Shown one piece after another: positions 20,603-29,339 of a DNA stretch of 64,000 nt (position 1 is its first letter; every line of letters starts with the position of its first letter). The notes beneath the pieces were generated by a model. The model saw nothing but the letters and a program-made list of their open reading frames with translations, did not search any database and was not told where the DNA came from. This DNA comes from Terrimicrobiaceae bacterium. GTDB taxonomy: Bacteria > Verrucomicrobiota > Verrucomicrobiia > Chthoniobacterales > Terrimicrobiaceae. The translations under genes were made by a program, and so were the position numbers. The stretch is taken from positions 1-64,000 of the forward strand of contig JBGSVZ010000102.1 of NCBI GenBank assembly GCA_041752695.1, given 5' to 3'.

Positions 20603-22501
20603 TTATTTTCCGTTCCAGGTCGCGGGCGGCGGCGGGAGGTTGGCCCCAGCTGACATGAGCGGGCCGCCCGGTCGACGGCGGTAATCTCCTTTTTCGGGGT
20701 CAAGGAACAATCTCGTGGCATCGGTGACAAATTCTGCTCCTGCGCCCTGCACGGAGGCATCCACCTCGCGAAGGAAGATGTTGTTTTCGATGTTTGCCGC
20801 GAGAGGGGGGCGGAGCCGATCGAGAATATTATTCCTCACCACGATGTCCTCCGGCGGAGCCGCGCCCGCCTGGGTGAAAATCGAGCTGGCATAATTGACG
20901 GTAGGAGAAACGTTGAGAAACGTATTATTCTCAAAAAGAATATTCCGAATCGCCCTGCCTCCCGTCTTCCCGGAGTTCCACATGGCGACATTGACCGCCG
21001 CCCGCCCCTGGCTATCCACCACATTGTTGCGGAAGATGATGTTTTCCGCATTGCGATTGATCGCCACCGTATTGTGCATGTAGTTGCGCTCCACCTCAAT
21101 ATCCTGACAGCCTTCGTAAAGATTGATCGTGCTCGAGTGCATGCCGTAGTGATTGAGGATCACGTTATCGTGGATTTTTCCCCGCTTGGCATCGTAATGC
21201 CGGATCCCGCTGCCCGAGTTTTTATCCAGCCGACAATTGCGCACCGCGAAGTCGTTTACGCCGATTAGAAAGATCCCCGTTGTCCAGCCGGGACAGTGAT
21301 GCACGTAGTTATTCTCAATCGTGACGTTGTCACAGTTGTTGAGCCCGATGCCGGCATGGCCACTGACAAACCGAATCTCGCAGTCGGAGATCCCCACATT
21401 CTGGGAGCGGGGTTTGTCCCGGCTCACCGAAATGCCCCCAGCCCCTCCCGCGTAGCGCTGCACGAGGAAACCCCGGATGCGAATGTGCGAGGACCCGCCA
21501 CTGAGAGTCACCGCGGTCTCAAAAACGGGAAATCCGACATTGACAGGCTGGCCGTTCTCCAACCGTTCGGGCAGAAGGAAAATCCGGGAGCGAGCCTTCT
21601 CCAGCGGCGAGATAGCCCACTCGCCGGGCCGCTCGATCAGCCGAACCGAATTGTAGAGGGCGAATCGCGTTTCGGGATAAGTCTTCGCTTTGAACGGGGC
21701 AAAGGATATCCGATGCGACGCGGGGTCGTACCCTTGGACAACGGCGAAATACACATGGTTATTGCCACCGTGCAAACCCACGAACAGGCCCTCGAAAAAA
21801 CCGGACGGCTTGTTGGCCAGAGCTCTTTCGTCGGCAAAGGAACTGGCGAGTCCATCCTCCTGGGTTGCCAGCCGCTCGGATGACACCAAAAAATCCGCCG
21901 GAAGGTCGGGATAAAAAGGATCGGACGGCTTCGGGCTTTGCGAGATGGGCAGCAGGCGGCTGTCACCGTCGAAAAGGATGACTCGCTGCCAGGGCGCTTG
22001 TTTTTGCGGCGGCGCCTGCCGGTGCAGCACCACTTCCCCGTGCTGAAAGTTGGGGGAAACATCAACGTCAATGTCTGCAAAATAGAGCTCATTCCAACGC
22101 GGGTTCCCCCCGGCAGCGTCGATCGACGCACACCTTTGCCAGGATGTAATCACCCTCCCGCCGTCAAAGATGGCACGCCCCTTCCCAAACTTGCCGGATG
22201 TGTTTCCATCCAATGTGATCGGCTGATCCGGAGCCCCCGACGCCTGGAGCTTGATCGCGCCGTGGTAGGTCACCCCGCCCTTGAAAATAATAGTATCTCC
22301 CGGCGCAAGCCCAACGGACAGGGGACGATCGGTCGCCAGCGGGTCACCCGGAGAGTGCTTCCATGCCGATTGCGGGGAACCACCATCAGCCGTGTTGTCT
22401 CCCTCTGCGAAGTCCACATAGTACGTGGCGGCCGCCGACAAAACCTGGCAGTCCCAGAACAACACCATTGCGGGAACCAGCCACATCACAGCTTTGATCA
22501 T
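20603..22501 (-). CDS. secreted right-handed parallel beta-helix protein, paralogue of 16067-18034
   Basis: TYYVDFAEGDN...AWKHSPGDP, PGDTIIFKGGVTY, YNS..LIERPGEWA, beta-helix repeats. Confidence 0.85.
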   Translation of the reverse strand: MIKAVMWLVPAMVLFWDCQVLSAAATYYVDFAEGDNTADGGSPQSAWKHSPGDPLATDRPLSVGLAPGDTIIFKGGVTYHGAIKLQASGAPDQPITLDGNTSGKFGKGRAIFDGGRVITSWQRCASIDAAGGNPRWNELYFADIDVDVSPNFQHGEVVLHRQAPPQKQAPWQRVILFDGDSRLLPISQSPKPSDPFYPDLPADFLVSSERLATQEDGLASSFADERALANKPSGFFEGLFVGLHGGNNHVYFAVVQGYDPASHRISFAPFKAKTYPETRFALYNSVRLIERPGEWAISPLEKARSRIFLLPERLENGQPVNVGFPVFETAVTLSGGSSHIRIRGFLVQRYAGGAGGISVSRDKPRSQNVGISDCEIRFVSGHAGIGLNNCDNVTIENNYVHHCPGWTTGIFLIGVNDFAVRNCRLDKNSGSGIRHYDAKRGKIHDNVILNHYGMHSSTINLYEGCQDIEVERNYMHNTVAINRNAENIIFRNNVVDSQGRAAVNVAMWNSGKTGGRAIRNILFENNTFLNVSPTVNYASSIFTQAGAAPPEDIVVRNNILDRLRPPLAANIENNIFLREVDASVQGAGAEFVTDATRLFLDPEKGDYRRRPGGPLMSAGANLPPPPATWNGK

Positions 22502-22599
22502 TCTGTTTCGGTATCCCAGGCCTTAAGGAAGTCAAGTCTGGGAAGGCAAAATATGGCGCAGAGCCACTTTTTGGCGGAGGGCCGGAGAGCCGGAAGAAA

Positions 22600-22619
22600 T
22601 GCGCGATACAGGGTTCGAA
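22600..22619 (-). mobile_element. att core: duplicated 3' end of a tRNA (Val-like), left boundary of the ICE
   Basis: Minus strand TTCGAACCCTGTATCGCGCA, a T-loop plus acceptor-stem 3' strand without the rest of the tRNA, about 75 bp before the integrase. Confidence 0.75.
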
Positions 22620-22640
22620 TACGTTGAGTTTACTCTGTAT

Positions 22641-22682
22641 TTGACTCTTTTTATGCTTTGAGTGACAATTTAGTGACAAATT
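22641..22682 (+). promoter_or_regulatory. candidate integrase promoter overlapped by tandem arm-type repeats
   Basis: TTGACT-N17-GACAAT; direct repeat AGTGACAATTT/AGTGACAAATT at 22661-22682. Confidence 0.5.
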
Positions 22683-22693
22683 CAAGTTACGCC

Positions 22694-23983
22694 ATGTCAC
22701 TCGCCCAGAAAACAGAAAAAGCACGCGGCCCAATTGAGGTCATCGAATACAAGGGGGTCAACATCCCCGTATATCTTTCCCCCCTGCGGGGAAAGGAAAG
22801 CTATCTCCTCGCCTATTACGCCGAGGGGCAGCGGAAACGGGAGCGAGTGCCCACTTTGGACGGAGCCCGCAAACGGGCCAAGCAACTGATTTCAGATTTG
22901 AACTTGGGCAACGTTCACGTTGCCAAGTTCACGCTCAAGCAGACTGCTGCCATCACGGATGCCGTGGACATCATTCGCCCGTTTGACGTAACCATCACCG
23001 AGGTTGCCAGGCAATTTGCGGAAGCGCGCCGTATTCTCGGGAATGCCTCCATCCTCCAGGCGGCGGAGTTTTTCGCCAAGCATCGCGATGAGGAAAACAG
23101 CCGGGGTGCCCTCCAGCAAATCACCCTCCCCGATCTCGTCACGAAATACCTCGCCGCCATCGAAAAGAAAAAATCGAAACGGTATGTCGAGGATTTGACT
23201 TCGAAGCTGAAACGCATCGCCAAGGCATTTACCGGCCAGATCCGAGACATCCGGGCCGACGACATGGACAAGTGGCTGGACGGTCTGGAAGAGGCCGGGG
23301 ACCGCACAAAAAACAACTACCGCATGGCCTTGGTGACGCTCTTTTCCTACGCGAGGGATAAGAATCACCTGACACGAGGCCAACAGACCGAGGCGGAATT
23401 CGTGACTCGGTTCGACGATAAGAAATGCGGGAACATCGGAATCTACAGACCCGGGGAATTCGCCAAATTGCTGCACTACGTTGACGCGAGGTTCGTGCCT
23501 TTTGTGGCCTTGGGTGGTTTCTCGGGTCTGCGTAGCATCGAAATCCTCCGGCTGGAATGGGAGGACATCTGGTTCAAAAAGGGCTATATCGAAGTGGGTC
23601 GTCAAAAGTCGAAGACCGCCACGCGTCGGCTGGCCCCGATCTGCCCCGCGCTCGAAGAATGGATCAAGCCTTTCGCCAAGGAAAGCGGGCCAGTCCTGCC
23701 GGAAATCCGCAATGAGACGCATTTTACCCGCCTGTTTCAGGCGGCGAAACACACTCTCAATGATGAGCACGGCAATCCGAGAGTGACTCTTGTTCACAAT
23801 GGGCTGCGTCATTCTTTCTGCTCCTACCGCATGGCGGAGACGAAAAGCGCCGCCCAAGTGGCGCTGGAAGCGGGAAACAGCCCAAAAATGCTATTTGAGC
23901 ACTACCGAGAGCTTGTCACCGAAGAGGAGGCCAAGGAGTGGTTTTCCCTCACCCCTGCGAGGGTTCGCAGGTTGGCAGCGTAG
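22694..23983 (+). CDS. int: tyrosine recombinase / integrase
   Basis: Catalytic motifs SGLRSIE (R), KSKT (K), HNGLRHSF (RH box) and EHYR (Y); adjacent to att. Confidence 0.93.
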   Translation: MSLAQKTEKARGPIEVIEYKGVNIPVYLSPLRGKESYLLAYYAEGQRKRERVPTLDGARKRAKQLISDLNLGNVHVAKFTLKQTAAITDAVDIIRPFDVTITEVARQFAEARRILGNASILQAAEFFAKHRDEENSRGALQQITLPDLVTKYLAAIEKKKSKRYVEDLTSKLKRIAKAFTGQIRDIRADDMDKWLDGLEEAGDRTKNNYRMALVTLFSYARDKNHLTRGQQTEAEFVTRFDDKKCGNIGIYRPGEFAKLLHYVDARFVPFVALGGFSGLRSIEILRLEWEDIWFKKGYIEVGRQKSKTATRRLAPICPALEEWIKPFAKESGPVLPEIRNETHFTRLFQAAKHTLNDEHGNPRVTLVHNGLRHSFCSYRMAETKSAAQVALEAGNSPKMLFEHYRELVTEEEAKEWFSLTPARVRRLAA

Positions 23984-24040
23984 TCCACCTATCATTGGCT
24001 CCCTTGCGCTGAATCCCGCGAAAAGATACAAAAAAGCTCA

Positions 24041-25075
24041 ATGGCCAAACCCCGCATATTTTTGAGTTCCACTTGCTACGACCTATCGACAGTGCGTGCG
24101 GAACTGACACGCTTTCTTGAATCTCGTGGATTTGAGGCGATCAACTCACAGGACAAGAACTTTGGAGTTTCGCTAGGAATGCATTCGCATACCGCCTGTC
24201 TCAGCGAAGTCGAATCGGCCGATTACCTGCTTCTCGTAATCGGAAGCAGGCGCGGCGGAACCTATATTGGGTCAGAATCTTCAATCACAAATGAGGAATA
24301 TAAAGTGGCCGAAAAATTGGATCTTCCCCGGATTGTTGCAGTCCAGAGATCCGTTTGGGATCACAGGCCTACTTATAAAAAAAATCCACGTGCCGATCAC
24401 AGCCACATCGTGGACGACGTTAGAATTTTTTCTTTTATCGACTACATCGCATCGGGGCACTCGGACAATTGGGTGCATACGTTCGAAACCATTCAAGAAC
24501 TCGAACAGGTGGTCACGACGCAGTTTGCCCACTACTTGACCCAATTTTCGAAAAGCCTTCGAAAGAAAGAGCCGAAAATAGTCGGCCAGCAACGGGAATT
24601 GGTCGAGTTCCCCACACAACTTGATGAAATAAATTCACTTTATCCAGACCAGGACGAAGCAACGAGTTTCCGCAATGGCCTGCGTGCTCTGCATGAGCTC
24701 CTTAAAGGCATCATAACCGATGGAACGAAGAACGACGCCAAGGCCGAAAAACTAAAACAAATCTGGGTGCTGGGTCGATACGGTGAATGCCATGACGGAG
24801 ATTCACTTTCTCTCTCAGCGGATAGATTTAAGCAATATGCTTGGTCAACATCCAAAGGCACACGCGTCAACAATCAATTCGAAGATTACCGGATTAGGGC
24901 ATACTACAACGATGATCCAGAGGATTTCCGAACCGTGTTGGATTTCAAAGATGCGAATGAAGAAACTCCCATTGCATGGGTATTACAGGAATTCATCAAA
25001 CATTTAATTGCAAAGCACAACGCCGAGGCATTTGACATATTCTGTCGCGCGGACATGCGGATTTACTCCAGCTAG
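24041..25075 (+). CDS. DUF4062-domain protein (TIR-like/flavodoxin fold) with unrecognised C-terminal domain
   Basis: MAKPRIFLSSTCYDL..VR..L, CLSEVESADYLLLVIGSRRG, SITNEEYKVA; visibly more AT-rich than its flanks. Confidence 0.8.
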   Translation: MAKPRIFLSSTCYDLSTVRAELTRFLESRGFEAINSQDKNFGVSLGMHSHTACLSEVESADYLLLVIGSRRGGTYIGSESSITNEEYKVAEKLDLPRIVAVQRSVWDHRPTYKKNPRADHSHIVDDVRIFSFIDYIASGHSDNWVHTFETIQELEQVVTTQFAHYLTQFSKSLRKKEPKIVGQQRELVEFPTQLDEINSLYPDQDEATSFRNGLRALHELLKGIITDGTKNDAKAEKLKQIWVLGRYGECHDGDSLSLSADRFKQYAWSTSKGTRVNNQFEDYRIRAYYNDDPEDFRTVLDFKDANEETPIAWVLQEFIKHLIAKHNAEAFDIFCRADMRIYSS

Positions 25076-25090
25076 TCCGCGTTCCCGGAA

Positions 25091-25309
25091 TCATCTCAGG
25101 ATTTCATTAAGCGTCGCTTTTGTGGTTTCACGCATTGCTTCGATGACCTCGTGCTTTCGGAAGAGCCGGTGTCGACCGAGTTTGTATGAAGGCAACAATC
25201 CTCGGGAGACATATTTACGCAGAGAGGAAAACGGCACGCCCAGCCATTCAGCGGCTTCGCGAATTTCGATAAACTCGGATTTTTCAGAGGATGCTGTTTT
25301 CGGCGGCAT
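25091..25309 (-). CDS. excisionase-like helix-turn-helix protein (72 aa)
   Basis: FIEIREAAEWLGVPFSSLRKYVSRGLLPSYKLGRHRLFRKHEV, a MerR/Xis-type HTH; last gene of the transfer operon. Confidence 0.85.
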   Translation of the reverse strand: MPPKTASSEKSEFIEIREAAEWLGVPFSSLRKYVSRGLLPSYKLGRHRLFRKHEVIEAMRETTKATLNEILR

Positions 25310-25383
25310 GAGAGAGACATGGGTGTTGGATTTGGAAAGGCTGCCATCTGGCCGGACCATCCGCCGGCCAGATGGCGAGCGAG

Positions 25384-25743
25384 TCAGCCGAGTTTGATAC
25401 CGTTGTTGCGGATGTGGTTTTTGGCTGCGGTGACGAGGGCCTGCTCCTGGCGCTCCGGTTTCATGTTCGGGCTGATAGTGGATTTGATGCTCTGCACCAG
25501 ATCCGCCTGTTCCGGCTTTTCCAGCCACCCTTTGACCTTGGCGGTGTAGCCCTGTTTTTGCTCCTCGTCCTTCATCTTGCGCAGAAGGAACTTTCGTTCC
25601 AGTTGTTCCCGCGGAAGGTCCTTCACGTATTGGACCAGATCGGGATTACTCTGCATGAAGGAATCCAGCTTGGCGTTGACTTCGGGGTTGATTTTGAACT
25701 GCTGAGCCTGTTCAACTTTTTTCTTTGGTGATGCAAGTGCCAT
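25384..25743 (-). CDS. hypothetical soluble protein (119 aa) in the transfer operon
   Basis: Helical, K/Q/E-rich ORF co-oriented with the T4SS genes. Confidence 0.75.
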   Translation of the reverse strand: MALASPKKKVEQAQQFKINPEVNAKLDSFMQSNPDLVQYVKDLPREQLERKFLLRKMKDEEQKQGYTAKVKGWLEKPEQADLVQSIKSTISPNMKPERQEQALVTAAKNHIRNNGIKLG

Positions 25744-25821
25744 TGGTATTTGCGGTTGTGGCGCACGGCGTTTGGGTTCCCGTAGCCGTGCTGATTGACG
25801 GGTTTTCGGTGAAAGGACAGG

Positions 25822-26103
25822 TCAGGCCTTGGAGGACTTGAGTTCGGGGATTTTTTCGTCGTCCTCGTCGTCTAGGGCACTGCCTCGCAATCCGCCGATC
25901 TGGGCGATGACGGATTTCAGAAAGCGCTGGGCGATCTTTCGGGGACTGAGCCGCTGGCCCTCGGCATTCAGCATGACTTGGACAAGCTGATTGGTCGGGA
26001 CGCGGATTCCGGCTTTTTCAACGATTTCGGATGCCTCCTTGAAGACGGAAAAAGTGTCTTCATCGAGGGTGACAGTGATGTTGGCGGGTTTGGGTGTGTT
26101 CAT
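25822..26103 (-). CDS. hypothetical protein (93 aa), possible ribbon-helix-helix-like
   Basis: N-terminal strand NITVTLDED followed by predicted helices; operonic. Confidence 0.65.
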   Translation of the reverse strand: MNTPKPANITVTLDEDTFSVFKEASEIVEKAGIRVPTNQLVQVMLNAEGQRLSPRKIAQRFLKSVIAQIGGLRGSALDDEDDEKIPELKSSKA

Positions 26104-26109
26104 AGTGAT

Positions 26110-26880
26110 TTATGGCTTGAGAAGGGCGAATTCCCTGCGACGGAGGAATGGGGCGCTGAGCGCTGTGGAAATTTTTATCCGCTCGGCGGTGGCGAGTTCA
26201 GCGGTGAACGCGTCATTGAGCTGAATCTGGGAAAGGAGGAAGTCCTGGATCTGATCGTCGGACTCGGCAAATAACGCCATGCTCCCCGGATCGGGAACCC
26301 TGTCTTCCCACGCGGGCAATTCCGGTTCGACGGCGGAAAACACGTCCTCTTCTTCGATCCTGCTGGGCGTTGCCGAAGGAACGGGGTCCGAATTCGGTTG
26401 GGACATTGGCGATTCGCCTACCCTCTCTTTGAGTTGGTCGAGTTCCTGTTGGAGTCCGGGCAGCTTGTCTGCATCCTGACGCAGTTGCTGAATGCGCTTT
26501 TGCATGGCACGGTTTTGTTCCTGCAACGCCTCGGCGTATTCCCGTTGTTTGGCGTTCAACTGGCTGGGGCCGCCCATGTGATACGATGGCGACGGGTTCC
26601 CGGTAGGAAGAATGGGCGGCGGATCTGGCAGATAGTTCCAGTCGGGCGATTGTTCCCGGCGATAGACGGTGTGCCGTTCGTGCATTTCGTCCGGGTAATT
26701 CGGATCGGTGTAGCGCCCCACCGGATACGCCTTTACCACCTCTGGAGTGCGAACCGCGGCCATGCGCTTGGAGGGAACATTCATTCCCGGCACAACGGAG
26801 GCGGTTGTCGGTGCGGAATCTTTGCGGGTGGCACAACCTGTCCCGAGACAGGCAACGAGTAGAGAAATCAGATATTTCAT
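26110..26880 (-). CDS. T4SS-associated lipoprotein with coiled coil
   Basis: Lipobox-like LGTGC; overlaps the virB10-like stop; coiled coil EALQEQNRAMQKRIQQL. Confidence 0.75.
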   Translation of the reverse strand: MKYLISLLVACLGTGCATRKDSAPTTASVVPGMNVPSKRMAAVRTPEVVKAYPVGRYTDPNYPDEMHERHTVYRREQSPDWNYLPDPPPILPTGNPSPSYHMGGPSQLNAKQREYAEALQEQNRAMQKRIQQLRQDADKLPGLQQELDQLKERVGESPMSQPNSDPVPSATPSRIEEEDVFSAVEPELPAWEDRVPDPGSMALFAESDDQIQDFLLSQIQLNDAFTAELATAERIKISTALSAPFLRRREFALLKP

Positions 26881-27863
26881 TTGGATGATTGGGTTTGGGT
26901 GGCGGCGGAAATGCGGGCTTCCGCGAGATCAACTGTCTGGGAGACGTAGAGGTAGAATGTCGTTCCGGCAGGAACGCGGACGTAATACGGGTCGTTCTTG
27001 AGACCTTCCAAAAGCCGCTGGGAATAGATTTGGCCTCCAGCCTGGATCCCTGCGGCTATGGCGTCCTGATATCCCCCACCCTGCACCTGGGTGACACCTC
27101 CGGTGAGCGGAGAAATAATGTTCGTCATGGCCGGAAAGGCTCCCGCTCCCGCGGAAATCATGGCAGCCAGAATCGCTTTGGCTTCAGCGTACTTGTCGGC
27201 GGCGATCATGTAGCCACGCAGGCCTGCAGAGCCATCCGTCTCGGCCCATTGGTCGCCGTTCGTGCCTTCCGGGGCGTAATCGAGGACGGTTCCAGAAAGG
27301 GGCAGTTCCTTCCCGTCCTGAAAAACCAGCACCCATTGCCGCTCGGAGCCAATGCGTTCGCGGGCGGCAGTTTTTTGCGCCAGCCCATGCACTTCCGTTC
27401 CGGCTGGAATCACCAGCCGTCCCGCTTGCCAAACGTCTTCGGTGATCAGGCCAATGATGGGCGTTTCGATGTTGGTTGACTCGACGGCATTGACCAGTTC
27501 GCACCGGAGCAGGCGCCCGTAAGGCAGATAGTACTCACTGCGGGATTCCTCCTTGGTGGCAAAAATAGCCTGCGGAATTGGCGACGGTGGTTTCGGGGTC
27601 GGCGTGGAACGTGCGGCCTCCTGCGATGGCGTGGGTGCGGGAGCCTTAGCCCGGCTGGATATTGTGTTCGGAATATCCTGCTCGAAAGACGTGTGCTTGG
27701 CCGTGGTTGCCTGGGCGGGAAGTTCGGTCTTGATCGGTTCCGATGATTGGCGGGAGTTTCCGCTGAATACAAAAGCAAGGACCAATGCGCCAGCTACGAG
27801 GAAAAGGGTCAGCCTCCCGGCGGGTTTCTGGAAAAGCTCGGTAAAGATTGTGCGGAGGTTCAT
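26877..27863 (-). CDS. TrbI/VirB10-family T4SS core protein
   Basis: N-terminal TM, Pro-rich linker, LPYGRLLRCELVN..S...TPIIG...D...LVIPAGT.V.G, DGSAGLRG, VPAGTTFYLY. Confidence 0.85.
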   Translation of the reverse strand: MNLRTIFTELFQKPAGRLTLFLVAGALVLAFVFSGNSRQSSEPIKTELPAQATTAKHTSFEQDIPNTISSRAKAPAPTPSQEAARSTPTPKPPSPIPQAIFATKEESRSEYYLPYGRLLRCELVNAVESTNIETPIIGLITEDVWQAGRLVIPAGTEVHGLAQKTAARERIGSERQWVLVFQDGKELPLSGTVLDYAPEGTNGDQWAETDGSAGLRGYMIAADKYAEAKAILAAMISAGAGAFPAMTNIISPLTGGVTQVQGGGYQDAIAAGIQAGGQIYSQRLLEGLKNDPYYVRVPAGTTFYLYVSQTVDLAEARISAATQTQSSK

Positions 27864-28693
27864 TTGTAGTCGCTGGTGGAAAGTTGGGGTTCAGCCCGGA
27901 CAACGAGGACGTTCCAGTTGTTGTCGGGAGCAAGGTTGTTTCGGCCCCCCTGTCCGTTTCCGGTGATGGCGAGAAAGGCCGGGGTGAGAGACTTGGGCGG
28001 CATCACGCCGGAGGCATCGACCAGCGATTGCGTGTAAATGCGGTCTTCCAGCCGCATGGCCATATCCTGTGTGTTGTAGCGCACAGCGCGGTCGGCCGTG
28101 TTCTCCAGTTCCAGTCGAAAAATGAGGGTATCGTCCTGCTCGAACCGCCAGACATCGCGGATTCGAACATTGAACCCCTCGTAATACGTGGTGAGACCGG
28201 GCACGGAATGCAGCACTCCGGCCAAGGCTTCCGGGGCGTCCTTGGCCAATAGCGGATATGCTTTCGCCTTGTCCATCAGGGCAAGAAGACGCTCCGGCAC
28301 GACGGCAACCCGTCCGCCGTCTTTGCCCTGCCGTTCGTCCTGATAGAACGTGACGTTGTACGATGGCTTGGCAGATGCCTTCAGGTGGAGCACATACGCC
28401 TTTCGGTTGAAGATTACCGTCAGATGATCCTCGGCGTCGGGCTTCAGCGCCCGAATCGTGAAATAGAAATTTCCGGGTGTGAACGTGATGAGGAACCCGG
28501 CATTTTCCTGTTCTTGGGTGGAAATCGCTTTGGCGTACAGTCCGGAAATCTCCGACGGGAACATAATCGTGGTCGTTCCGGTCTTGGACGCCACCGGGAT
28601 GTCGTAGATGACAAATTCATCGAGTGGCTTTTGGGTGATTGGCCCGGCGTAAGCCGTAGCCGCCATCAGGAGTGGGAGGATGAGGTGTTTCAT
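27860..28693 (-). CDS. VirB9-like secreted T4SS outer-membrane complex protein
   Basis: Signal peptide, TTTIMFPSEI strand, two beta domains; position between the virB8-like and virB10-like genes. Confidence 0.6.
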   Translation of the reverse strand: MKHLILPLLMAATAYAGPITQKPLDEFVIYDIPVASKTGTTTIMFPSEISGLYAKAISTQEQENAGFLITFTPGNFYFTIRALKPDAEDHLTVIFNRKAYVLHLKASAKPSYNVTFYQDERQGKDGGRVAVVPERLLALMDKAKAYPLLAKDAPEALAGVLHSVPGLTTYYEGFNVRIRDVWRFEQDDTLIFRLELENTADRAVRYNTQDMAMRLEDRIYTQSLVDASGVMPPKSLTPAFLAITGNGQGGRNNLAPDNNWNVLVVRAEPQLSTSDYK

Positions 28694-28700
28694 GGGAATC

Positions 28701-29333
28701 TCAGAGGGGTTTTTCAGAATAGGTGAAGTCCTGCACGACAAGCGGGAGACGTCCGTTGCCGAGAAGGTCGGGATTGCGGATAAAAAGAAAATCGATCTGG
28801 AACTTGGCCGGTTCGCGGAACTCCATGCCCTTGATCGTGCCGGTGCGGATGAGATTCCCTTCGGCCTTCACGCTGACGGCTTCATAGGATTTGCCGGCAC
28901 CGTCCTTGATCTTGCGGGTGTCGAGAATGTCGATTTTGGTGACCTCGACCTTCTGGTGAATCTGCTTCTCTTTGAATTCCTGGTTCTGAGCCTTGTAGAT
29001 TGAGGCAGCCCGTTTTCTGGCAGGATCCTCGAGGTAGATCCGCTTCAACAGGTCGGGTAAATCCGGTCCCACGGGATTGCGTTGCAGGAGAGCCAGGCAG
29101 GCCAGCCGGACATGATAGGCATGAAGACTGCCCGCCTCCTCGAAACCGACAAGCGGCGCGTAAATCAGGGTTCCCCCTGGATCGAGAATGACAACCTTTT
29201 CCTTCTGCTTCATGGCGGAAATGGTCAGGTACGGTGCCGCTACGGCGAATCCGCAGGCGATGATGGCGATCCCCATCCAGAAACGGGCGGCGATGACGTT
29301 GTTGGTAATGGAAGTTATGGCGGTGAGTTTCAT
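28701..29333 (-). CDS. VirB8/TrbF-like bitopic T4SS protein
   Basis: Single N-terminal TM, VVILDPGG, C-terminal RNP...N..PLVV; synteny. Confidence 0.65.
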   Translation of the reverse strand: MKLTAITSITNNVIAARFWMGIAIIACGFAVAAPYLTISAMKQKEKVVILDPGGTLIYAPLVGFEEAGSLHAYHVRLACLALLQRNPVGPDLPDLLKRIYLEDPARKRAASIYKAQNQEFKEKQIHQKVEVTKIDILDTRKIKDGAGKSYEAVSVKAEGNLIRTGTIKGMEFREPAKFQIDFLFIRNPDLLGNGRLPLVVQDFTYSEKPL

Positions 29334-29339
29334 GGGAAA

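Noticed and set aside
22553..22582. TGGCGCAGAG / TGGCGGAGG as a tRNA-Ser att paired with the tRNA at 84-173
   Set aside because: Only about 7 bp match with no T-loop, and the geometry is wrong; the 20-bp Val-like fragment is a much better att.
25310..25528. Extended N-terminus of the 145-aa excisionase ORF
   Set aside because: It overlaps the 119-aa gene and a hairpin; the HTH begins after the Met at 25309.
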